Of a stretch of DNA of 64,000 nucleotides, positions 18,432 to 29,300 are shown one piece after another; within the stretch, counting starts at the first letter, position 1; each line of letters opens with the position of its first letter. This stretch comes from a virus. Where the stretch lies: the IMG/VR virus record IMGVR_UViG_3300017971_000277, positions 8,863 to 72,862 of that record; one strand, 5' to 3'. The translations under genes were made by a program, and so were the position numbers. A model generated the notes under the pieces. That model ran no database searches, was not told the DNA's origin, and saw only the letters and a program-made list of their open reading frames with translations.

Positions 18432-19122
18432 TCTTCACCCTGATCGACGCAACGATGGTCAGGTTGGTCGCCGTTCCCACGTCGGTAAACGCAGAGCCGA
18501 ACTCGACGCCGAACCACAGTGCTGCCCCGGTCGTGTTGACGAACGTCGTTGCTGTCGTTGGCGTGGTGAGGTTGGTGATTAGACGCAGGTTGGTGAAGAC
18601 TGCACCGGCAGGGGACGACTGGTTCGGGAGGTCGATGATCGCGTTGCCCTGGAACCTGTAGTGCGCCTCGCTCAGAGACGGAGAGTTGGTCAGGATCGAG
18701 AATCCGCCAAACCCGGTCAGGTTGTTTGCCGACAAGAAGATGACCGGGTCATTGGGAAAGTAGGTGTAGGACGGGCTGTTGATCGAAGTGGAGCGATCAA
18801 ACGTTGCATTCGACAGTAGGTAACAGTTTCGTCGCTGAATCTGCCCTGTCATCGCTGCGCGCGTGATCTGCTCCAACCCCTCCGCAAAGAAGAACCAGTT
18901 GGTGCAGGGAATCACCTCGAACGGGGTGTTGGGGAACGCAGATGTTGGGTCGAAGTGATTGGCGACAGGAGCGGAGAGGCTCAGATACTCAACGGTGTCT
19001 CCAAGCGTGCGGATGTTGGTTTCGTCCTGTAGACGTTGCCGCGCTCCTACCCCACCAGCCAGCAGACTACGAACATGCGCCCCCAGGAGGGATCTTCCGT
19101 CTCCGTATGGAATGTAGGTCAT
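18421..19122 (-). CDS. Putative tail-associated protein
   Basis: Position; Thr/Asn/Phe-rich. Confidence 0.55.
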   Translation of the reverse strand: MTYIPYGDGRSLLGAHVRSLLAGGVGARQRLQDETNIRTLGDTVEYLSLSAPVANHFDPTSAFPNTPFEVIPCTNWFFFAEGLEQITRAAMTGQIQRRNCYLLSNATFDRSTSINSPSYTYFPNDPVIFLSANNLTGFGGFSILTNSPSLSEAHYRFQGNAIIDLPNQSSPAGAVFTNLRLITNLTTPTTATTFVNTTGAALWFGVEFGSAFTDVGTATNLTIVASIRVKNAP

Positions 19123-19904
19123 GCAGGAAGCACAGCCCAGACGCGACTGTTCACGTTGTTGTCCTGCCAGACGATTCCGGGAAGGCCGGTCCCACCAGGC
19201 GGCTGCGAGATGAACAGGATGTCGTAGTCCTCAATGTAGTCGGGAGTGACGCGCCAGTCCTCGGTATCGCTTCCGTCCGTGGCTTGTAGCGCGTCCTGTC
19301 CCGTCCAAGTGAACGTGACCCCGTTGACCGTCTGCCCATCGATTCGCGTGCGCTGAAGATCAGGAGGACGCGCTACGACCACCGTTCCGATCTCGGTGCC
19401 TGCGTTGTCGAGAAGCTGGCAGACGATTGTGTCGTCCCCGTTCTCCTTCAGGAGCGCTCTGCGAGTCGCGCCACCAGACGACGAGAAGAGCCCATAGCGG
19501 CTCGTGCTGAACGGAGTGTCTTCATAGACCCCGGTGAAGACCGCAAGGACGATGTCGCCGACACTTGGGGCTGGGACGTTCGCCGGGAAGGTGATGGTGA
19601 TCGCTTTCGTGGTGAAGTCTGGGTCTTCGATCCAAAGCGAACTTGCCTCCGGGATCAGCCTCCTACCGCTGCAAAGCTGCGATGACTCGTCCACAGCATC
19701 GACTTGGACAGGCCAGTAGAAGTGCGTGTCGTTGCCGACCGACTGCGGCGCCTTCTCGAGCCCGAACTCACCCGCCTCGTTGTCCTCTTCCCGGACCTGA
19801 AGGGTGATCTGTCTCTCGAGACGCTTGACTCGGTCCAGCAGACGACCGATGTGCGCTGCGATGAGTTCTTGTCCGAGAAGAGCCGGGAGTTCAGGTTCAG
19901 CCAT
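19119..19904 (-). CDS. Putative tail tip/baseplate protein
   Basis: N-terminal coiled coil (LLDRVKRLERQ) following the large tail-tip gene. Confidence 0.5.
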   Translation of the reverse strand: MAEPELPALLGQELIAAHIGRLLDRVKRLERQITLQVREEDNEAGEFGLEKAPQSVGNDTHFYWPVQVDAVDESSQLCSGRRLIPEASSLWIEDPDFTTKAITITFPANVPAPSVGDIVLAVFTGVYEDTPFSTSRYGLFSSSGGATRRALLKENGDDTIVCQLLDNAGTEIGTVVVARPPDLQRTRIDGQTVNGVTFTWTGQDALQATDGSDTEDWRVTPDYIEDYDILFISQPPGGTGLPGIVWQDNNVNSRVWAVLPA

Positions 19905-22249
19905 TAGGTGTTCAGCAGGCCAGCCGTATCGCTGGTCAGGTTGAGGGTGCTAAGACCACGCTTGCCGAAATTGTAGATGTACTCGGTCAGGAACGCGTCG
20001 ATGGACTCAATCCCCGTCTTCTTGGTCGGGTGCTGCACGCGCACCTTTGCGTTCAGTTCGATGAACTGCTCGATCGGATCGCCACCGATCGGAACGTCTC
20101 CCTCGACCACCACGTCCTTGTAGAGATTGAGACGCCCGACTGCGTTCTCGATCGTGACCTCATCTCGACTAACCGTCTCGTAGAGAACCCGCTCGACTCC
20201 GTACTGCGTGAACGCGGTGCCGGTGAAGCCCGCGGTGGGGAACCGCACCGAAGTCAGCAAATCCTGCTGAGGGATCGTCGTGACGATCGTGATTGACGTC
20301 CCGGCACTCGTGATGGTGGTGACCGACGACGGGTTGTTGAAGAACCCACCTCGCTGGTAGTAGGTCAGCGTGACCTCTTCAGGACCGATCACGTCGCCGG
20401 GGATGTAGGGGTCGCCGCGGGTGAAGACGTGGAAGCGCGCGATGAACAGGCGTCGGTTTTCGATCAGGCGTCCGTTGATCGGAACCCAACGCTCCTCCCC
20501 TCCCCAGTACTTGATCTTCGCGCGCAGGTTCGCAGGCGTGCCGGGGAGACGATCGATGTCCTGATCGAACGTCCAGCGCCGGTAGACCCAGGTGTACTCG
20601 TTCTCGAGTGTGAACGGATTCGGCTGATTAGCCGTCAGCAGGTTCCAGTCGTCCTCGAGTTCCGGCAGCCAGAGAGGCCGGAGGCTGATCTCCGCGCGCT
20701 GAAGCTGAAGACCCGACTCGAGCAGCCCTTCTTCTTGATAGAGGATCGAGTTGTCTTGCTCGTCCTCCTGCTCGGTGTAGAGCACGATCGCGGTGAACCT
20801 ATCCTGCGTGCTCACGTCGAAATTCAACGACTCGACGTTGACCGAGCAGACGTTCACGATGTTCGTCGGAGCCGTCAGCAGGTTGTGGAACTGCCACGTC
20901 TGCGATGCGTCGTCGTAGTAGAGCTTGACGCCAGATTCGCCACTCGCAAGCTGCTGGACCGCACTAGCGAAGCCGACATTATTCAGCCGAACCGTATCGC
21001 TGATGAAGCCGGAGAACTGCTCGAGGCCGGGGTTGCCGATCGTGGCCGGAATCCCTGCGGCAGCCAGGTCAGGAGACGCACGCTCGAACACCTCCTGAAT
21101 TGCAGTAGCAATCGGAATGGTGAACGTCTGGCGAATCTCTGCACCGAACGGAGTGACCGTAGTGACCGTAGTCCCTGCGGTGAAGATGATGTCGGGTCGT
21201 CCGGCAGTGTTGAGGACCGTGATTTCGTTTGCGATCTGGTAGAAGCCAAGAGCCTCGTATTCGATCGCCTCGTTGTTGTTTTCTCCGACGTGCGTCCGGT
21301 TCTTGATCTTCCCCGTGAAGATCCGCTGGAACATACTTCCGGTGCCGGTGAAGTCGAAGTCGAGAGTGACCTCATCCTCCGGGTCGAAGGTGGGAAACCC
21401 GATCTCCGGGGTAGCGATCTCGCTGAAGTTGAGGCTCTTACCGTCGTAGCTGATGCGGAGGCTGTCGAGGTTGAAGAAGCAGTTCGTGCCTAGGTCGATC
21501 GGCGTCCCCGCAACCGTGAACAGCAAGCTGTTCGGGTCCGCTGGGTTGATGAGGTCGCCGGCAAGGGGAGGGTTGACCACCGGGCGATAGAGTTGTTCCT
21601 CGAGCCCGAAGGTGGCCTTCCCGACCCAGGGGAAGGTGAAGATCGTCTTCTTGCGTCCGGTGAACTCAAGCTCAGCCTCACCGACCATCTGGAAGCTAGA
21701 CGGGGGGTTTGGGTTGAACTGCGCCTGGGCATTTCCTTCGAAGCCGAACTCGCCGAAGAGCTTGACCACCCCATTGAATTCAAGGTCTGCGTTGGCCTCG
21801 AGTTCGAAGCCTGCTGTCCTACGCACGAACCCGCTGAACCCAGACTCCGCTTCACCCTCCAACGCGAAGGTGAAGATCTTGGTGTAAGCCCACTCCATCG
21901 TCGCTTCGCCTTCGAAGGCGAAAGTCTGAGGAATCGTGATCTCGGGACGGTATTGAGAATCTGCGACGCCTTCCCAGCGCCAGCTAGGAGGGACGAAGGT
22001 GTAGACACCCGTGTATTCGCCGAGCGCTTCTCCCTGCCACTGCCAGAACGGAATCGTGTCGTTGTTGGCTACGTCCACGGCACTAGCGCCGGGAAGAACA
22101 CCACCAGGCGCGGCGAGGTAAACATCCACGGCACTAGCACCACCGGATATTCCTCCCGTGTCCGCTAGCGCTACATCAACCGCACTGGCTCCATTGACGG
22201 TGTCGTCAAGGATCGCAGTGAGTTCAACGATTCCCGAGAGGTGAGGCAT
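19904..22249 (-). CDS. Large tail-tip/hub protein with N-terminal repeats
   Basis: 781 aa; RIFTGKI hub-like segment; 3x GASAVDV and ~8x aromatic-x-x-EG-x-A repeats. Confidence 0.6.
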   Translation of the reverse strand: MPHLSGIVELTAILDDTVNGASAVDVALADTGGISGGASAVDVYLAAPGGVLPGASAVDVANNDTIPFWQWQGEALGEYTGVYTFVPPSWRWEGVADSQYRPEITIPQTFAFEGEATMEWAYTKIFTFALEGEAESGFSGFVRRTAGFELEANADLEFNGVVKLFGEFGFEGNAQAQFNPNPPSSFQMVGEAELEFTGRKKTIFTFPWVGKATFGLEEQLYRPVVNPPLAGDLINPADPNSLLFTVAGTPIDLGTNCFFNLDSLRISYDGKSLNFSEIATPEIGFPTFDPEDEVTLDFDFTGTGSMFQRIFTGKIKNRTHVGENNNEAIEYEALGFYQIANEITVLNTAGRPDIIFTAGTTVTTVTPFGAEIRQTFTIPIATAIQEVFERASPDLAAAGIPATIGNPGLEQFSGFISDTVRLNNVGFASAVQQLASGESGVKLYYDDASQTWQFHNLLTAPTNIVNVCSVNVESLNFDVSTQDRFTAIVLYTEQEDEQDNSILYQEEGLLESGLQLQRAEISLRPLWLPELEDDWNLLTANQPNPFTLENEYTWVYRRWTFDQDIDRLPGTPANLRAKIKYWGGEERWVPINGRLIENRRLFIARFHVFTRGDPYIPGDVIGPEEVTLTYYQRGGFFNNPSSVTTITSAGTSITIVTTIPQQDLLTSVRFPTAGFTGTAFTQYGVERVLYETVSRDEVTIENAVGRLNLYKDVVVEGDVPIGGDPIEQFIELNAKVRVQHPTKKTGIESIDAFLTEYIYNFGKRGLSTLNLTSDTAGLLNT

Positions 22250-23733
22250 TAGGACTTAGAGGCGCTCGCGTACCACGCGGTCGGATCACCCGCGGGGATC
22301 GAGTCGTCGATGGTCTTGTGGATGACGCTGAGCGTAGACGTTCCGTCCGCATCCCAGTCCTCTACGACCCAGACGCCAGGACTCTCCTCGACCAAGGAAG
22401 CACCAGCTTGCCCAAGTCCCCCAGAAGGGACTTCCAGCGTCGCCTGGTTGTCTGGTGCGCCTGGGGGGTAGTCGTAGTAGAGGCGAATCTTGGTGTCCGC
22501 GTTACCAGGGTCCCCGCCGATGCGGTAGGTACGCTGGACGCCATCCTGAACCGGGGTAGGGAGTGCCGTCTGAAGCACCCACAGGTTGCCGTCCGTCCAT
22601 TGGACGTGATTTCCGTAGTAGGGGCAGTTGAGCGAGCCGTGAATCTCGGAGTTGAACTCCGTGTTCCCTACGAACGTCACCCCGCTGCCGGTGTGCTCGA
22701 ACAGGATGATCCCCGCACCGCTCGACGCTAGGCCGAAACGGAGTTGGATGAAGCACCGCTCATCCCCAAGCGGCGTCTGGAGATCGTAGTAGTTTGAGAA
22801 GCCCCAGTTGAGGCTGCTCACCGTGCTATTTAGCCCACCACCAGGGCGTAGGAGCGGATCGAGCAGCGTGTTGGTGACATCCGTGATCGTTCCGAGTCCT
22901 GGGTCATACTCGAATAGCCCAGCCCCACCTCCGGTTGCAGGAGCGCAGATGTAGAGCAGGCTTCCGCGCGCCCAGAGCCCAACAATCCCCTGCGGAGCAC
23001 CAAGGGTGAAAGCAGGGACGGTGATCGTAGGGACGGTGATGACATCCACCCACGCGCCACCAAGGATGACTTGTAGCGTATACGAGCCACCGGACGTTGT
23101 TCCGTTTACCCGGTACACGTTGTTGTTGATGGTGGCGAGGCAACTTTGAACGATGGATCCCGACCCGCCAGACACGTCCGTAATCGACGCGTCCTCGATG
23201 TTGAAGATCTTGGTGAACACTCCTGTTCCGGAAGATGAACGCGCAGCGTTGGCGTAGAACAGCGCCCCGACAACGAGCGCGGGCGGAGAATCGAGCGTCC
23301 TCGAGACCTCCCCACTAGAAGTAGTCGTCTGCACGACTCCGGGGGTGTTGTAAAACCAGCGCAGGTAGATAGGGATGCTGTTCCCGAAGCTGTTGGCCCC
23401 AGCAACACGCGCAACCAAACCGGGGCCGTTCGAACTCAAGAACGGGTGAAATCCGGTGAACGCCGCAGAGGAAGTCGTGTTGCGCGTGTAGAGGGTTTGC
23501 CAAGTGAACGGCGGGCTGCCGGTAATTACCGCGTTCACCGCTCGCCACTCGTTGTTCATAACGTGGATGTAGCCACCCATATGAGCAGCGACGTTGTAGT
23601 TGTTCTGTTTGTAGGACGAAGTCGTGAGAAGCGACCCACCGGGGTTGTCAACGACTTGGAGGAACCTCCCTGCGACTGCACGCAGCAGGCTCGTGGTGCC
23701 GGTCCTGTAGACCGTGTTTAGGAAGTTTCCCAT
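22249..23733 (-). CDS. Putative receptor-binding/tail protein (beta-rich)
   Basis: 494 aa Gly/Ser/Thr/aromatic-rich; resembles 23990..25516. Confidence 0.55.
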   Translation of the reverse strand: MGNFLNTVYRTGTTSLLRAVAGRFLQVVDNPGGSLLTTSSYKQNNYNVAAHMGGYIHVMNNEWRAVNAVITGSPPFTWQTLYTRNTTSSAAFTGFHPFLSSNGPGLVARVAGANSFGNSIPIYLRWFYNTPGVVQTTTSSGEVSRTLDSPPALVVGALFYANAARSSSGTGVFTKIFNIEDASITDVSGGSGSIVQSCLATINNNVYRVNGTTSGGSYTLQVILGGAWVDVITVPTITVPAFTLGAPQGIVGLWARGSLLYICAPATGGGAGLFEYDPGLGTITDVTNTLLDPLLRPGGGLNSTVSSLNWGFSNYYDLQTPLGDERCFIQLRFGLASSGAGIILFEHTGSGVTFVGNTEFNSEIHGSLNCPYYGNHVQWTDGNLWVLQTALPTPVQDGVQRTYRIGGDPGNADTKIRLYYDYPPGAPDNQATLEVPSGGLGQAGASLVEESPGVWVVEDWDADGTSTLSVIHKTIDDSIPAGDPTAWYASASKS

Positions 23734-23742
23734 TTGAGTACC

Positions 23743-23982
23743 CTATCTGCTGAGGGTGATGATGTTAATAGAGCCGTCGTCTTGCACGTCGGCTCGCTTG
23801 ACTTCGGCGATGGTGGCGCGCACGCCATTGATGCAGATCTCGTCGCCAGCGACTACGTTTTCCGCCAGCTTGGTCGTAACGAGATCGCACATCGTGATCG
23901 CAGTTCCCAGCGGCGCAGCCGCAGAACCATCGGACGGGCCATCCACGAAGACGAAGATGATGTTGGTTTCGACCGTAGGCAT
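23743..23982 (-). CDS. Small tail-module protein
   Basis: AGGAG RBS; fills gap. Confidence 0.6.
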   Translation of the reverse strand: MPTVETNIIFVFVDGPSDGSAAAPLGTAITMCDLVTTKLAENVVAGDEICINGVRATIAEVKRADVQDDGSINIITLSR

Positions 23983-23989
23983 GACGCTC

Positions 23990-25516
23990 CTATGGGGCTG
24001 GCATGTTTGCTGCTTCAGTTAGCAGCAGATCAATGTAGACATCGCCGGGGAAGTCTAGGCCAAGATCAGCGACGCGATCCCAGATGATGGCACTGGCTGT
24101 TCCTGAAGGCGAGCTTGTGACGTTGTCGATGCGCTTCTGCCCGCTATTGAGCGCTCCAGTAGGGCCGGAGAACCCGATCGGCGTCCCAGAGTTTTGCGGA
24201 AGCCTCGAGCCATCTCCGTTGCTCGGCCCTGCCCCGCGAGCACGGTAGTAGACCCGCGACGAGAGGAACGTGGACGCCACATCGAAAGCGTAGTAGGAGA
24301 GCCGCACAGCACCGGGGTTGACGGTTTCGTCTGGAGCCACCAAGTAGGGAAGGATCTTCCGGTTGTAGTTGATGATCTCCGGGCCAAGTCCGAACCCACT
24401 GCTGTAGCTGACCCCACCAGGCGTAGCAGGGTTGTTGACGATTGCGCCGACGCCACCCGTGGTCGCGAGAGGGGCGGAGATCATCGGGATCAGGAATGGA
24501 ACCGTCGCAGGGTTCACTCCGTTGTTTCCCCGATGGAAGTAGAGACGATGCTGCGTGTCTAGGCCCGGAGCCGTGTCGCTGTCCGAGATCACGTTCACAG
24601 CCGCAGTGGTGGAGAACTGGTTCGTACTGGCGAACGTGTGGCTGACGTTGGTGACCGTGAGCGCGGAATACAACGTCTCCGTGGCCTCCACCCTGTAGAT
24701 GTTCAGCGTGAACCCGCTGGTCTGCGGCCACAGAACGAGGACGTTGGTAGCCGACTTCGCAACTGCGAACGTTCCCCCAGGCGCCAGTCCGAACGATCCC
24801 AGCGTCGTCGGAGAAGCCCAGTTTGGACCCTCCCACATCTGGAGACTTCCTAAGTTGAGCCCGACGAGGAACAACCTCCGACCGAGCACGAAAAACGTGT
24901 CTCGTGGATCGTTCGTCTTGGTGGGGCGGGGGATCTCCTCGACCACGTTCTGCTCAGGATCGAAGGTACACATCAAACCTTCGGCAGAGAGGTAGAGTTT
25001 GCCTCGATACGCCACCGGAACCGTCATGGCAGTCACAGCGACGGACACCGAAGTCGTGAACGAACTCCACGTTCCAGCAAGAACGTCCAACACGACCACA
25101 CCAATAGCGTTGCCCGTCGCCTTGTAGAACCCAGCGACGTAGTACTTCCCGTCTCGACCGAAGAAATCGTAGAGCCCGGTGTGGATACCGTACCCCAGTG
25201 CGGTATCTTGGTTCGTCGTCGTGTGAACGACAGCCCATCCGGGAGTCGGCGCACCGTCTGCTCGCCAGATCTGGTTGCCTTGGTAGATAAACGCACCGTA
25301 GCCGTTCGCCAGGTTCCTACCTGGCGTCGGCATCATGATGACGCGGTCGTAGGCATAGTAGTTGTTGCTGAGCCCTGGGTTCTCCTGCGTGTATCCGCTC
25401 AACGTCGGGAAGAACCCCGTGTTTGACCACAGGGTTCCATTGTTGACGTAGGTCCCCGGCGTGACGGTCGGGGACGACATTGGACCAGTGACAGGACGAA
25501 ACCAAGGCGTCGGCAT
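23990..25516 (-). CDS. Putative receptor-binding/tail protein (beta-propeller-like)
   Basis: 508 aa; YRGKLY..FDP blade-like segments. Confidence 0.55.
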   Translation of the reverse strand: MPTPWFRPVTGPMSSPTVTPGTYVNNGTLWSNTGFFPTLSGYTQENPGLSNNYYAYDRVIMMPTPGRNLANGYGAFIYQGNQIWRADGAPTPGWAVVHTTTNQDTALGYGIHTGLYDFFGRDGKYYVAGFYKATGNAIGVVVLDVLAGTWSSFTTSVSVAVTAMTVPVAYRGKLYLSAEGLMCTFDPEQNVVEEIPRPTKTNDPRDTFFVLGRRLFLVGLNLGSLQMWEGPNWASPTTLGSFGLAPGGTFAVAKSATNVLVLWPQTSGFTLNIYRVEATETLYSALTVTNVSHTFASTNQFSTTAAVNVISDSDTAPGLDTQHRLYFHRGNNGVNPATVPFLIPMISAPLATTGGVGAIVNNPATPGGVSYSSGFGLGPEIINYNRKILPYLVAPDETVNPGAVRLSYYAFDVASTFLSSRVYYRARGAGPSNGDGSRLPQNSGTPIGFSGPTGALNSGQKRIDNVTSSPSGTASAIIWDRVADLGLDFPGDVYIDLLLTEAANMPAP

Positions 25517-25522
25517 CGGCTA

Positions 25523-25930
25523 CTAGTCCAGACGGATGTAGAAGTTCCCGGAGGGGACCTCGAACACGTCGTCGGTCTGGATCGTGCGGACGCTGGTCGG
25601 CTCTCCCCAGTAGAGGAGGTTGCCAGACCCAATAGCCTCGGAGTCGAACACCGCTCCCGCCACGATGGCACCCCACGGGGTGGTAGCCGGGGAGAAGGTC
25701 AGCGTAGCACTATTCACGCACGACCAGTCCGGGCCGCTCGTAGGCTCGCTGAACTCCACCAGCTTGCGCTCGTAGCCAAGACCAGAAGCGACCTCGGTGA
25801 AGTTGACCTCACTGCCGGTCGTGGTGATCGCGGTGCCGAGAGCGAAGTAGAGCGTGCTCGGGCTGGTGAAGGTGGACCCGAGCAGCGTAGCGCCGAGAAG
25901 CTGCTGCTCGAGGTAGTCGCTGAAGTTCAT
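25523..25930 (-). CDS. Conserved phage tail (fibre-associated) protein
   Basis: SDYLEQQLL...LYFAL...EVASG.GYER...ATTPWG...GNLLYWG pattern. Confidence 0.7.
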   Translation of the reverse strand: MNFSDYLEQQLLGATLLGSTFTSPSTLYFALGTAITTTGSEVNFTEVASGLGYERKLVEFSEPTSGPDWSCVNSATLTFSPATTPWGAIVAGAVFDSEAIGSGNLLYWGEPTSVRTIQTDDVFEVPSGNFYIRLD

Positions 25931-26382
25931 GGAGTCCTCGTAGGCTTGACGTTCCCAACGAACGTGAGTCTGAAGTAGCCGGCTCGAAACAGTCCGAGAT
26001 CGGTCGGGTCTTCTTGGCGGAAGTCCTCGAGATAGCAGCCACCATAGCTGATCTCGCTGAACCCAGTCACGCTGGCAACGCTGCTGACCAGCGTCAGAGT
26101 CGCCACGTCCGACATAATCAGGTCTTCCAAGTCGTAGCCGAACTGGACGAACTCCCCTCGAGACGCCTCCTCGCGGTAGACCTTGAACTCGTGGCGGAAG
26201 ATCTGCGCGGGGTAGCGCCCGTCGAGAAGCACGTCAGGGCACCAGAAGTTCTGCCGCTCTGCGATCGGGGTAAGTCGCGCAGCCTGCGCCAGACGGAAGT
26301 CCTGCACGAAGTCCCCAACAACGGCAGTCGAGAACACCAGGGTCATGTTTCCGGCGAACACCGGCTCGAGGTTGTTAGGCAT
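25927..26382 (-). CDS. Putative distal tail (Dit-like) protein
   Basis: 151 aa immediately after tape measure; positional inference. Confidence 0.5.
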   Translation of the reverse strand: MPNNLEPVFAGNMTLVFSTAVVGDFVQDFRLAQAARLTPIAERQNFWCPDVLLDGRYPAQIFRHEFKVYREEASRGEFVQFGYDLEDLIMSDVATLTLVSSVASVTGFSEISYGGCYLEDFRQEDPTDLGLFRAGYFRLTFVGNVKPTRTP

Positions 26383-29300
26383 TAGCGCGGTGCTCCACCA
26401 GTGCGAGAGTTCAGCGACCGGACGAGAAGGTTGCGCTGACCGACGAGAATCTCACGCACCGTTTGCGCGATGACTTGGTCTTGGATCTGGAACTCGTCTC
26501 CGATGTTCTTGAGGTTTCGGGCGAGAAGCTGCTGAAGCTCGGTGAGTCCCTTGGTGACCTTCTTCTGTCGGTTGACGACCTCACTTCCGGTATCGTCCAA
26601 CTCCTTGCGCTGCGCCGCGATTTCCTTCGTGATGGAGTCTCCGATTCCGGTGTCGGTCGGTAGAGCGTCGATTGCGCCAAATCGTTCCGCAGCCGTCGTC
26701 GCCCCAGCCCTCCGCTTGCGAACAGCCTCGAGTGCCTTCTCCTCGAGAGAAAGCTCCTCACGCTTGAGCCGGTTGAGTTCCTTCTGGTCCTCGACCAACT
26801 GTTGAACAGCCGCTCGCTGCTTGTCGGCTAGCGTCGAGAAGGACTCCTCGATCTGACGTACCTCGTCGTTCAGCGCCTTCTGGCTGCGCTGGCTCTCACG
26901 GATCTTCTTCTCGAGTTCCTCTTCCTGCGCGTTGAGCTTGGCGCGATCCTCTGCCTCGAGACGGGAGATCTCTCGGCGAGCGGTCTGTTGATCCACACCA
27001 GCCTCGAAAAGCTCGTTGAGTCGCCGCTGCCGCTCGAGGCGCTGATCACGCTCTTGTGTGCGTCGGCCCCCAGTGCGGAACGCCTCAAGCTGCTCACGCA
27101 GACCACGAAGCTCGTTTCGACTCTGCACGATTCGATCGCGCAGGGTGAAGGCGAAGGCTCGCTCAAGCTGCTGAATCTGCTGAGGACTGGATGCACGCTC
27201 GAGCGTCTGCCGGAACTGCTCAACCGTCTGCGTCAGATCAGAGAATCCGGGAATTGCCACGTCTCGCGTGCTTCGGCGGATGAGGTCGATCCGACGAGAG
27301 AACACGTCGATGTCGTTCGAGAGAGCCGTCCCGAGCCCGCGCTCAGAAAGCTCTGCACGGAACTGGCGGAGGAAGTTCTGAACCTCGAGCCCTTGCTGGC
27401 GAGCTTGGCGGATCGAGCGGTTCAGCCCCTCGAAACTGCGGTCTGGGGTTTCGTCCTCAAGTTCACCCGCGGCGCGGATCTTGCGGACCCGGTTCAGAAT
27501 CCGCTGTTCTTCCTGTTCGATGCGACGGAAGTCTTCCTCGATCCTCTTCCGCGTCTGGTCGGCAAGCTGAGCACGCCGGTTCTCGATCTCGGTGAAGGAC
27601 TCCTCCTGTAGACGCTGTGCCTCCTCAAGTGCGTTGCGGAGCTTCCGAAGCTGCGGATCAGAAACGCCAAGAGCAGCAGCGAGAGCCGAATCCCCTTCTG
27701 CACGATCCTGAAGCTGTAGCTCTCGCTTTCTGATCTGGTTGTCCAAACGTGCGATGGCGATCTGAAGACCGTTGACGGAGCGGATCGACTCCTCTCGTGC
27801 CTTAGCAAGCTGCTCGTTCAACTTGATGAGACGAGGGCTCACACCAGCAGCTTGAAGCTCTTGCGTCTCGATAAGCGCTTGAAGCTCTTGCCGCTGTCGC
27901 GAAAGCCGCTGATTGACGATGTCGATGGAGAGTGCTTCTGCGTCAAGGATCGCTTCCCGCTGTCGCGTTCCCTCGCTGACGATGTTGGTCGCCTGCTCTT
28001 CAATACGCTCAAGCGTGCGAACCCGCTCCCGCCGAGCATTGCTGAGAGCCTTCTCGCGCTTATCGAGATCCTCGATGGCGAGCGCCTGACGCTGCTTCGA
28101 CTGGAACGTTGCCTCCGCTTCCGCCTCCTGCGCCTCACGGAAGGTGTTTGCGGCATCTCGAAGCTCGGAGTCCGTCTTGACTGCTTCAGTTCGAAGCGCT
28201 TGCTGCTGCTGGGTGAAGTCCAGAAGGATCCGCGCGTTCGTGTTCTTGAACAGGTTGCGTCGTTGGGTCTGGAGCTTCTTCGTCTCGTTGATCGCAAGGT
28301 TGGCAGCCTGCTGAAGAACCTTGAGTTCAGCATCAACCTGCTGCGCGTCAGCGAAAAGCTGGGCACGCTCCGCGCCCTCAAGAGCCTCTCGAGCTTCAAT
28401 CGCCGCACGAGCAGCACCGCGAAGCAGAGGCTCAGCCTCCAAAAGCTCCTTGTTTTGACGGGCGAAGACTTCAGCGCCCTGCTCAACAGCCGTATTCAAC
28501 TGAGATTGCACCGCTCGCTGCGCCTCGAGAACTCTGTTGCTCTTGATGCTAAGCACCAACCCATCACGCTTGACGCGGTCGGTGAGTTCTAGATTTCGAG
28601 CCTCGCGTTCGCGCAGGTTGAGCGTCTGCTCAAGTTCGTTACGAAACGTCTGCTCGGCAGCAGCAAGCTGCGTCTGGAGTTCCTGAACGTCACCCTGAGA
28701 GGTTTGCAGAGCACGGGGAAGCTGCACACCGAAGAACGCCTCAAGCTCAGCGATGCTTCCGGTTTCGCGAATTGCCTCAAGCTCCTTGCGGAACTGCGGA
28801 AAGCGAAGCGCAAGTCTCTGAACGAAGGAGTCGAAGCGAGCAGCGTCCTCGCTAAGCGTCTCGAACGCAGTCTCGCCGCCAAGATCCTGTAGGTCCCTGC
28901 GGGTGTCGAACACGCTTTGCGAGAACTCACGCTGGGTGCTCTTGAGTTCGTTGAGTTCCTTGCGGTAGTTCTCCGCCTCGATCGTGGCGTCAACGAACGC
29001 AGTCGCGGCCAGAGCACCAAGACCAACAACCGCAGCACTCAGAAGACCGATCGGACCAGTCAGTGCGGTCAGCGCCCCAAACGCCACGGTCAGGAGCTTG
29101 ACGCTCCCTGCGGCTGCGCCAAGACCTACGACAGCCGTTCCGAACGTAATGATGTTCGCCACGGCTCGAGGAGTGATGAACGCGCCTCCGCTGGGGAAAG
29201 CCTTCAGGAAGTCACTGACCGCGGAGACACCTTCGCGGAGAACCGGAAGGAACTGGTTGCCGACCGCGACCGTCGCCTCCTCAGTGAGTCGGGGCAGCGA

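Noticed and set aside
17937-25930. Diversity-generating retroelement acting on tail genes
   Set aside because: No reverse transcriptase and no TR/VR nucleotide repeat pair noticed in the window
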